From positions 1 to 46,070 of the forward strand of contig JBLIRO010000041.1 of NCBI GenBank assembly GCA_049472335.1: a stretch of DNA of 46,070 nucleotides. Direction: 5' to 3'. The stretch comes from a bacterium. GTDB lineage: Bacteria; SZUA-182; DTGQ01; JAFGSM01. Each line of letters opens with the position of its first letter. Position 1 is the stretch's first letter. The notes beneath the pieces were generated by a model that ran no database searches, was not told where the DNA came from, and saw nothing but the letters and a program-made list of their open reading frames with translations. The position numbers and the translations under genes were made by a program. Positions 40,501-46,070 of the stretch are shown here, one piece after another.

Positions 40501-43097
40501 ACCGAAACGGCAGAACTACAGAGTATATCTATGATGCCCTTGGCAGATTAACTCATACAATCCACCCTGATGGTTCATCCAGAATAACAACATATGATGC
40601 CGCAGGCCGTTTTATTGGGCAAACAGATGAAAGGGGAAACACCACTAGCTATACCTATGATGCAGCCGGGCGGAGAACCTCTGTTACAGATCCCTTAGGC
40701 AATACTACAAACTATACCTATGATGAATATGGCAATCAATTGAGCATGACCGATGCCAACGGCAACACCTATACTTATCTATATGACAAAAACAATAACA
40801 GGATAAGAACAGACTTTCCTGACGGCACATTTATAAACATAACCTATGATGCCCTGGGCCGAAAGATCACTGAAACAGATCAGGCAGGCATAACCACACA
40901 ATTTGAGTATGATGCCCTGGGTCGTCTCATCAAGGTCACGGATGCCCTGGGCCAGGAAACTTCATATACCTATGATGAACTTGGCAACAAGATCACTCAG
41001 ACCGATGCCAATGGCAACACAACCACCCGGGAATACGACAACCTTATTCGGGTAATCAAAAGGACACTGCCACTTGGCATGTCTGAAACAATGACCTATG
41101 ATGGCGTAGGCAATATGATTACTAAAACTGACTTTAACGGGGACACCGTCAACTATACATACGATAACAATAATCGCCTTATTCTAAAGACCTATCCGGA
41201 CAGCTCAACAGTATCCTTTGCTTATCTCCCAACAGGACAAAGGGCATCCATCCTTGATTCAAGAGGCCTTACAACTTTTATCTATGATGAACGGAATCGA
41301 TTACTCCAAAGGACAGACCCTGATGGAACTGTTATATCCTATACCTATGATGCAACCGGAAACAGAACCTCCGTTACAGTGCCTTCCGGTACAACCAGAT
41401 ACACCTTTGATGAACTTAATCGGTTAGCAACAGTTACCGATCCGGATAGCGGTATAACTACTTACACTTACGATTTAGTTGGAAATAGGGCCAGTGTCAC
41501 TTATCCAAATGGCACAAAAACAGTCTATAAATACGATACCCTAAACAGGCTAATAAGGCTTGAAAATAATCGTTCTGATGAATCTATCATCTCAAGCTAT
41601 GACTATACCCTTGGCCCTTCAGGGAACAGGATCAGGGTGCAAGAAAATACAGGCAGAATCGTGGATTACACCTATGATGCCCTTTATCGCCTGACCCTTG
41701 AAAATATCACTGATCCTAATCTTGGTGACCGTCGTATTACCTATTCTTATGATCCTGTGGGGAATCGCCTATCAAAAGGTGACACAGTAGCGGGATCGAC
41801 AAACTATACCTATGATGAAAATGACCGCTTATTAACAGAAAATGCTATCACATATACATATGACAATAATGGGAATACCATTAGCAAGACAGAAGGAACG
41901 GATGTTACAACTTATAGCTATGATTACGAAAACCGGCTTATCGGGGCGCAAACACTTACATCAACTATTAATTATACCTATAATCCCTGTGGGATTAGGG
42001 TGAGTTCTAATGTAAATGGAGTCTTAACCAATTATCTTGTAGATATGAACCGGGATTATGCTCAGGTAATAGAGGAGAGAGATGGCGGATCTGTCTTGCT
42101 TGTAAGCTATATCTATGGTGACGATTTGATAAGTATGAATAGGGGAGGAGTTGACTTTTTTTATCACTATGATGGAAATGGTAATACGCGGCAGATTACT
42201 GATGTTTTAGAAAATATAACAGATACATATAATTATGATGCCTTTGGGATTATGCTGGATCAAACTGGGACTACCGAGAATAACTATTTATATACAGGTG
42301 AACAATATGATACGACTGTTGGATTCTATTATTTAAGGGCTAGATATTATAATCAAAATAATGGGAGGTTCACCATATTGGACGAATATAAGGGGAATAT
42401 TTATGATCCAATAAGTTTACATAAATACTCCTATTGTAAAGATAATCCAGTAAATCTCATAGATCCAAGTGGGCGATTCGGGATTATTGCAGTAATGGTT
42501 AGTGTATCAATATTAACAATTTTAACAAACATTGCAACAGCAGCATATACTTTACCAATTTCTGAATTACCCTCCGAAAAGACAAGAAGGCAGTTAGCGG
42601 GGCTGATATATGCTGAATCAGGGACAAAAGAGTGGGGTGGCGAAAATTCTGAAGAGAAGGCAGCCATTGGAAGCACAGTGATTAACCGCGCATATTATGC
42701 AACACTGACTCCAGCTTCTGGACGTGGGAAATGTTACAATCAAGATTTTGGATCAGGGACATTTTGGTCTGCCATTATTTTCCCCGGCCAGTTTAAGGGT
42801 TATGGCACCAGCATGTGGGATGAGGTTATGAGCGGCGATGATATGAAATCGTATCAGCAATTGAACGAAGACATAAAAGGAATAAGCAAACGTTTACATC
42901 TTAACAATAGCATAAGTGCTGCAAAGAGACTCCCGTCAACACCGCAACTTGTGGGATTGGGTGGATTAGGAGGCCTTGCTCCTATTGCATTTAATAAAGC
43001 AACAAATTCACCTCCTAATCCAGCAAGAATGGAGAAAATCGGACGACACGGAAGCCATACTTTTTACGGTTTCAGAACAGGAAGAGAATGTGACTGA
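31575..43097 (+). CDS. Giant modular adhesin-Rhs (YD-repeat) protein with C-terminal cell-wall-hydrolase-like toxin domain
   Basis: ATG 31575 with GGAGG (ORF track: TTG 31554). In order: N-terminal hydrophobic segment; beta-helix (GGGIxC repeats); PKD domains (WDFGDG); He_PIG/cadherin-like repeats (YTYDVEAxDPDGDTL); PASTA (VPNIIGLTQ..A); CARDB-like; FG-GAP propeller (DxDxDGxPEI); YD repeats; Rhs core (YTGEQYD...YYLRARYY...GRF...PVNLIDPSG); 207-aa tip. Confidence 0.92.
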   Translation: MERGVITHFNGSHFCKSVAYLICYVFLVQSCVWMMPLPSSKYYPIAPVSPIEKSQGILSDLADAFRGGIDLFFPCAIAAEIHITPGRSIQTAINKAVNGDEIIVKQGIYREQINFNGKAITIRSVAPDDQALIAATIIDGERKDSVIKFISGEGADSVLKGFTIKNGRGSRGGGIYCRESSPTIANCIISDNESYPFRPGYEGGGIRCENNSSPTITNCKVIKNLSGDDGGGISCYGNSSPLIINCLVAGNWVRSWGGGISSRSGCLPTIINCTITENEDGSGAGGLWCFGGASAIVTNCIIWNNKGSEIYGIPTITYSNIEGGSSGTGNINTDPLFADPAAGNYHLQFYSPCIDAGTSNGAPNFDILGHPRPKIAGYDMGAYEVGVTLSISPTDLIIPYGTYDEFTLRIENHGGLKDSYTLNVTGLPDTFTWMMQTSIQDLYPGIYIELPLRIIPSNDPTVCAIPLDPFQITLTSTSRDDIIDSSNAEISVSCNLHPPMANADGPYYAAIGESITLDGSGSYDIDESDGDSITSYGWEIDMIEPWDFDDTIGVNPTIQPFYNPGTYTIGLQVTDNTANAFPSTGSANLTDVDYTEIIIYDSCITDLQVRPKATKASLIWTHIGAEEYKIYRSEKGPNSGMELIGVTNSTYSTFMDYNVELYKDYWYMILADDGGNVCGSYPSHINSQGRIRNKPPQIISTPPLSAQEDQLYTYDVEAQDPDGNTITYILDQSPIGMTIDINNGLIEWTPTASEIGNHYVTIRAMDSLGASATQFYVLIVTPKQNIPPVAVPDGPYLGLPGQEITFDGSGSYDTDNDLPLTYQWNFGDGTISSLPNPTHIYVIPGDFTVTLYVTDVRGATGSAETTAHINTPPVADAGGPYSGHINAELTLNGSHSYDPDGDPLIYTWDFGDGTPSQTGVAVIHVFIAEGTYTINLSVDDGRGGIGTQQTVATIGPPNLPPFAQFTKAISCNPALIDFEDRFSGELITDQYRSLGVLVSGTSYWSGRVITIPQNGTDFFGNSGPNIMHIGDFGTSTTLTFVHPGTDTPTVANNISMLIGDGDASAETFTVEFFDLAGNIISSQTYTTRLGIHGELIQYTDEAASIRLTLEPSSQSGAALDDLSFNILPCGLGYVGDQFTFDGSFSSDIDGIIDSYEWDFGDGSTATGKAVTHTFNNPGDYLVSLTVTDDDGATSTATKNVSVVLNMPPEIISTPITTATEDVLYTYDVEAIDPDGDTLTYSITTAPSGMVIDTESGLINWTPTRDQAGTHSVDVLVEDGQGNSDNQQYTIHVIQTTTIVPNIIGLTQTDAETSITSAILIAGTIELAYSDTVPEGFVISQDPIAGAIVSIDSTVDFVLSLGVADIDLEPTSMDTFHVTVDSQTLGITGAVDVVIRNNGTSDVIDSYVLTLFEDINTNKSFDAGIDNVIGILNVPNKPLGENSIEVSVNVSGSMLFNGNLIYTFVDSSNQIDETDEGNNITHSMADCELKPPVGSFNPVLEWAWTSSSILPDSLNVMMTPAVIDLNSDEIPDIVFASTSETYSVYNGVLRAISGDNGQELFTITDPSLFINPAFSIAVGDIDLDGRPEIIACESSGIRLIAFEHDGTFKWRSEVIEQNPWQWGGSALSDINMDGKPEIIVGRQVINNEGVILWTGTGGRSYRVTGPLSFATDIDLDGIPEVVAGNTIYDSTGNIYWQAPLPDGFNAVANFDEDPYPEIVLVCLGIVYLLEHDGTIKWGPVNIPGGGRGGPPTVADFDNDSEVEIGVAGASRYSVFDTDGSIIWASVTRDGSSSETGSSIFDFDGDGFAEVVYRDELNLRVYGGIDGAILFETPMSSCTWHEYVLVADVDNDNNAEIIAVANNNCGYGPQRGIYVFGDLNDTWVNTRKIWNQHAYSITNVNDDGTIPTNVDNNWEIYNNFRQNQMLDPFGCIDLTASHIRVNQNNCPNMEIITRIGNGGALHTAPGLKVAFYDGDPDTGGTLLGTTTVDVQLNPGEYADISFINTTPLYKIHTLYVVADDDGTGFGTVGEIDEKNNKAWATFDLCNVSPTITSIPITNAIEDSLYSYDVEAADPDGDTLSYSLTNAPSDMTIDSSSGLIQWTPLQAHVGENNVTVQVQDGRGGIDTQSFTITVQNTNDAPQIISLPILTAKENITYSYNVEGFDIDGDTLTFTLEIAPPAMTIDSSTGLIEWIPDNSDIGDHTIKVKVTDPSAAFDSQEYTLSVEEITDNTPPRISNIQITPLILNPGETATITIDAIDNEAISSNALKIDGIDIPLVGNTATYTATDIGLHDVEATVCDISGHCSTLITRFGVRDPSDTTPPLVTITSPETDSELTEKTEIIGTVDDDNLVSYTLEYSEKDANSFTRFFKGHIIVISDVLGALDSTMLINGLYDIRLTAIDVNGLSSSTMVTYRVTGDLKVGNFSVTFKDLEIPVAGIPITIYRTYDSRIRGSRGDLGYGWNIDIKTTKIEENRVMGEGWYTESSGGIFKTYFLLPDGDHYVTITMPDGQVMEFDCKFIPESQLLIPILYLDAAVFTPRPGTYGSLEALDDSPWYLSGSEILNGDFYIYNPDRYKLTTIDGTVYIIDQNNGLLKVTDNNGNSLDFTSNGIIHSTGKGVMFTRDAKGRITKITDPMGNIIDYDYNANGDLIAVTDQEGNTSQYTYNSNHGLVDIFDPTGNRPMRNEYDYDGRLIAHIDAEGNRIEYTHDIDGRQEIVSDRLGFITLFEYDDEGNVTSKTDPLGNTTSYTYDGRGNKLSETDPLDNTTTYTYDAQDNMLTQTDPLGNTTTYTYNSRGQVLTITDPLGNITTNAYGVKGNLLTTTDPLGNVTINTYDDQGNLTSTTDALGNVITYAHDAYGNMLTQTDPLGNVTTYTYDDNGNQLTQTMTRTTPLGPETITTISVYDSMNRLVETIDPYGNSTITEYNAIGKQSATIDKNGNRTGYEYDSRGNLIKTTYPDGSTETTTYDAEGRKIGSTDRNGRTTEYIYDALGRLTHTIHPDGSSRITTYDAAGRFIGQTDERGNTTSYTYDAAGRRTSVTDPLGNTTNYTYDEYGNQLSMTDANGNTYTYLYDKNNNRIRTDFPDGTFINITYDALGRKITETDQAGITTQFEYDALGRLIKVTDALGQETSYTYDELGNKITQTDANGNTTTREYDNLIRVIKRTLPLGMSETMTYDGVGNMITKTDFNGDTVNYTYDNNNRLILKTYPDSSTVSFAYLPTGQRASILDSRGLTTFIYDERNRLLQRTDPDGTVISYTYDATGNRTSVTVPSGTTRYTFDELNRLATVTDPDSGITTYTYDLVGNRASVTYPNGTKTVYKYDTLNRLIRLENNRSDESIISSYDYTLGPSGNRIRVQENTGRIVDYTYDALYRLTLENITDPNLGDRRITYSYDPVGNRLSKGDTVAGSTNYTYDENDRLLTENAITYTYDNNGNTISKTEGTDVTTYSYDYENRLIGAQTLTSTINYTYNPCGIRVSSNVNGVLTNYLVDMNRDYAQVIEERDGGSVLLVSYIYGDDLISMNRGGVDFFYHYDGNGNTRQITDVLENITDTYNYDAFGIMLDQTGTTENNYLYTGEQYDTTVGFYYLRARYYNQNNGRFTILDEYKGNIYDPISLHKYSYCKDNPVNLIDPSGRFGIIAVMVSVSILTILTNIATAAYTLPISELPSEKTRRQLAGLIYAESGTKEWGGENSEEKAAIGSTVINRAYYATLTPASGRGKCYNQDFGSGTFWSAIIFPGQFKGYGTSMWDEVMSGDDMKSYQQLNEDIKGISKRLHLNNSISAAKRLPSTPQLVGLGGLGGLAPIAFNKATNSPPNPARMEKIGRHGSHTFYGFRTGRECD

Positions 43098-43121
43098 AAT
43101 ATATAAAAAAAGGAGAACATT

Positions 43122-43946
43122 GTGATATCTCGAATTTTGATTCTTTTTCTTATTTTGATACAAGTGACCTTGGCTACTAATTTCGTTCAGGATGTGAATG
43201 CAGGCGAGAACGAATGGGTATTGCCGGAGTTGTTTGAAACTCAAAAAGAAGCGGTAAAAAATGGATGCAAAAAAGTATATTTGAAAGATAGAAATCAGGA
43301 AAGCTATGTTATTGAGACAGGCGATATACACACATTTCTGATAACTGTTTATGATAAAAACTCTAAGGGCCAGTTTATAAAATCAAATCAAATATGTGTT
43401 CCATCCTGGTATGGCAAAGCAAGCGTAGAGTATAAAGACATTTTGCCCGACGGAAAAGAACTCTTGTTTGTTAAATTTGAAGGTAACACCGGCACAGGGA
43501 CCTTGCAGATGATTTTGATGATTATCAGATGGCAAGATAATGAGTTTGTCCCGATTTTTGTAGAAACTATATCCTATGACTTGGAAGGTATGGGTTACAA
43601 ACAAGAATTGAAAGTTTCTTACACCTTAGAGAACATTAAAACAAATCAATTGTCGATGGATTTGAATTATGGATTTAAGGTGCTTTGTAAAGCCGATCCT
43701 GCTATTAATTTCAAGGCTGCCTGGAATGACCGCTTGATATGGGATGAAAAAACCGGTTCTTTTTACAAAGATGAATATAATCGAAGCATACTTAATGCGC
43801 CATTTTATGTGCAGCGAAATATTGCGCGCGTTAGACAATTATTAAGATCGATCAGAATATCTGATTTGTGTAATGGCTTTTTTGAAAAAACTGGGATAAT
43901 GGAAATCTTGATTGATGGGACGCCAAAAGGGGACGTTGTTTACTAA
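43122..43946 (+). CDS. Exported protein, candidate cognate immunity protein
   Basis: GTG with AAGGAG RBS, 24 nt after the Rhs stop; signal peptide MISRILILFLILIQVTLA...VNA; DILPDGKELLFV and GTGTG motifs; no family recognised. Confidence 0.7.
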   Translation: MISRILILFLILIQVTLATNFVQDVNAGENEWVLPELFETQKEAVKNGCKKVYLKDRNQESYVIETGDIHTFLITVYDKNSKGQFIKSNQICVPSWYGKASVEYKDILPDGKELLFVKFEGNTGTGTLQMILMIIRWQDNEFVPIFVETISYDLEGMGYKQELKVSYTLENIKTNQLSMDLNYGFKVLCKADPAINFKAAWNDRLIWDEKTGSFYKDEYNRSILNAPFYVQRNIARVRQLLRSIRISDLCNGFFEKTGIMEILIDGTPKGDVVY

Positions 43947-44129
43947 TCTTACTTAATTCTCGATTACCATATCTTTTTAAATTTTTATTCTTTTGGTAAT
44001 TAAACAAATATGCAGCATGTTTTTAGTCCTCTTGCCAAAATTATGGTATATACAACCCAGGAAAAAAAGCACAAGGGGCACAAGGATCAGGTCTTTTATT
44101 ATAAGGTTTTGAAGATAGGTTCTACAAAT

Positions 44130-44537
44130 TCACTCTTCCTTTAGCCAGTTCTCAATTTTTAACTTTTTTATACGGCTGAAATGCTTTTCATTGTTTGTGA
44201 CTCGAACTAAGCCGTTTGCTAAACAAATACTTGCTATTAGCAAATCGAATTCATCAATAATCTTGCCCTTTTTCCTGAGATTAGCTTTAAGTTCTCCATA
44301 CTTTTTTAAACTGTCAAATTCTAAACCAATAATTTCAAGCTCTGCAACAAAATCAAAAAGATTTGCCAAATTATGTTCAACTTTTTCAGAATTGTAAGCG
44401 CCGAAAAAAAGTTCAGCTAAATTAATAGTCGATATAGTAATTTCTTGTGGTGAATGAACTAAAAATTTATCTCGAATTATACTCTCACCTTTAAGCCAAG
44501 CAATACAAATATTAGTATCAATAAGATATCTTACCAT
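44130..44537 (-). CDS. vapC: VapC-family PIN-domain toxin
   Basis: YLIDTNICI, AELFFGA, DLLIASI, VTNNEKHF. Confidence 0.92.
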   Translation of the reverse strand: MVRYLIDTNICIAWLKGESIIRDKFLVHSPQEITISTINLAELFFGAYNSEKVEHNLANLFDFVAELEIIGLEFDSLKKYGELKANLRKKGKIIDEFDLLIASICLANGLVRVTNNEKHFSRIKKLKIENWLKEE

Positions 44538-44788
44538 TGGATATCTTTCTTAGAAAAAAATCTTGAATCATAAATATCTGAAATTATCTGGTCAGTGGAT
44601 CGCTTATCCTGCCAATTACCAAATGTATGGATAAATTTGTCAGAAAATGCTTTTCTTTTATAGCCTTCTTTTTTAGTGAATTCTACTCTTAAGCAGTGGA
44701 GGATTTGATAAATCGAATCAAACCTGTCTTCCGGGATTTTATTAATTTCTTGCATTAATCTTTCTTTGAGGCTTTTTTTGGGAGTCAT
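44531..44788 (-). CDS. Putative antitoxin of the VapC toxin
   Basis: 85 aa; overlaps the vapC start by 7 nt; C-terminal FGNWQD....II..I..SR pattern common in VapB-like partners. Confidence 0.7.
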   Translation of the reverse strand: MTPKKSLKERLMQEINKIPEDRFDSIYQILHCLRVEFTKKEGYKRKAFSDKFIHTFGNWQDKRSTDQIISDIYDSRFFSKKDIQW

Positions 44789-44902
44789 TTTTATCTTCCT
44801 TTAATCTCTTTAATTTTGCAGCTTATATATAACATAAACATAATATTTGAGCAACAAAGAGCCTGATTGAAAATGATTATATATAATTTTTGTCAAACGA
44901 GA

Positions 44903-45349
44903 TTAATAATCATTTTTTCTTCTTTCGGATACCTTATCTAAATAGTCCAAGATAGCCTGAGCAAATTCATAAAAATCTGATAATCTATTCTGAAAGATAT
45001 CGTATACTTTTTCAATTAAAATGTCTCTATATTCATGGATCAGTACATTCCTGAAACCCGCCATTTTTACGAGCTTTTCTGCCTGGTTATCATCAAGCAC
45101 GCCCTTTTCTGCCAGTATAGAAAAGATCTCTCCATAATCAGAAGGACTGCCCATATTTTCACTGGAAATAATATGATTACCTATATCAATACAGGCTTGA
45201 ATTGAAGTCTCCAATCTCCTTTCGACAATCGCTTGAATATCCATATCCCTTTTAAATTGTTCGGGTGATACATTTTGTTTGGATTTAAGATGTTCCAGAC
45301 TATCGTTTAATGAATTTAATATCCTTCGTATAACGGGAATATCAACCAT
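44903..45349 (-). CDS. hepT: HepT-like HEPN RNase toxin (DUF86)
   Basis: IQACIDIGNHII, GFRNVLIHEY (R-X4-H-X-Y). Confidence 0.92.
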   Translation of the reverse strand: MVDIPVIRRILNSLNDSLEHLKSKQNVSPEQFKRDMDIQAIVERRLETSIQACIDIGNHIISSENMGSPSDYGEIFSILAEKGVLDDNQAEKLVKMAGFRNVLIHEYRDILIEKVYDIFQNRLSDFYEFAQAILDYLDKVSERRKNDY

Positions 45350-45782
45350 GCATCCCCCTCCTCAAATTTATTTCAGCTACTCTATCATATAATTCATACA
45401 TAGGTTTAATATCCTGATATCTTCCCAAAGATGCTGCTTTAAATTTATAGAATACCTTCACATCTCTGGCATGAATCAAACGGCCATATTTTATAACTTG
45501 ATATCTAAGAAAAGGATTAGCCCGATTTAAAACTACCACATCCACCCGGTTGATTTTACAAATTCTCATGATTGCGCATGTTATATCTATCTGCCGTTCC
45601 CCTAATCTCAGGATATCGTCTTCTTTTTTAAAATATACAGCGATATCAATATCACTTAATTGTGTATCCCTTCTTAAAGCAGTAGAACCAAAAATCAGGA
45701 CAAAATCAATATCAGTCTGTAGCATAAAAAAATCCTTTATTCGCTGCTCATTAAAATGGATTTTTTTGTCTGGTTCTCCCAA
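45342..45782 (-). CDS. mntA: MntA-like minimal nucleotidyltransferase antitoxin
   Basis: FGSTALRRDTQLSDIDIAV (GS-X10-DXD), VDVVVLN; overlaps hepT by 8 nt; TTG start with AAGGGGG RBS. Confidence 0.9.
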   Translation of the reverse strand: MGEPDKKIHFNEQRIKDFFMLQTDIDFVLIFGSTALRRDTQLSDIDIAVYFKKEDDILRLGERQIDITCAIMRICKINRVDVVVLNRANPFLRYQVIKYGRLIHARDVKVFYKFKAASLGRYQDIKPMYELYDRVAEINLRRGMHG

Positions 45783-46070
45783 TGCTTATCCCCCTTTACT
45801 ATTTTTTATAAGATATGACAAAAATTTAAAAGGATTTAATCAGATATATATTTAAAATACCCTATAACATTATGAATACAAAAAGATTCCATATAAAAAA
45901 CATCTCTTTAGATTAATACCAAAGTTGGATCAATAAATCAAATAAATATCAAAGCAAAATCAAAAAAATAAACTATTTTGCCCTCTCTTAGCATAAAAAG
46001 TAATTATCAACCAATCCAATCATTGATGGAATTAAGGACTTAAAACTCGCAACTGATTTTTATATTATGT

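Noticed and set aside
39400..41950. Possible CRISPR-like or DGR repeats (recurring GATCCxTTxGGCAA, ACCTATGATG)
   Set aside because: In-frame coding YD repeats with synonymous variation; no constant repeat-spacer pattern, no cas genes and no reverse transcriptase in the window.

Overview
Bacterial chromosomal window. The gene content resembles anaerobic Desulfobacterota/Nitrospirota-like lineages, but taxonomy cannot be fixed from this sequence. Two housekeeping blocks lie on the minus strand. The first is a classical menaquinone operon (menF-menD-menH-menB-menA, running off the left edge). The second is a siroheme/alternative-haem operon (sirC/cysG-N, ccsB, hemA, hemC, cobA/hemD, ahbC, hemB) followed by an initiator tRNA-fMet. 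Between them is an AT-rich, partly decayed cell-surface region: an ECF sigma pseudogene, alkaline phosphatase, an orphan Flp pilin, a PEP-CTERM-type sugar transferase with a sigma-54 promoter, a GAF+GspE-N protein, an atypical class III cyclase operon, a GSU3473-family protein, a secreted MopE-repeat/Ig protein, a solo IS21-like end, a decayed sigma-54-driven exported-protein gene and a GT-C glycosyltransferase. A 1.6-kb remnant island is integrated at the tRNA-fMet and carries an Rpn nuclease with an internal RBS/ATG (candidate RpnS antitoxin). The right third holds a giant (~3,840 aa) modular adhesin-Rhs protein. Its post-DPxG tip looks like a SleB/CwlJ-type cell-wall hydrolase preceded by a hydrophobic helix, and it is followed by a signal-peptide-bearing candidate immunity gene and two toxin-antitoxin pairs (VapBC-like, MntA-HepT). 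This Rhs toxin/immunity module is the best candidate for an undescribed system. All calls come from reading motifs by eye; no database searches were run.
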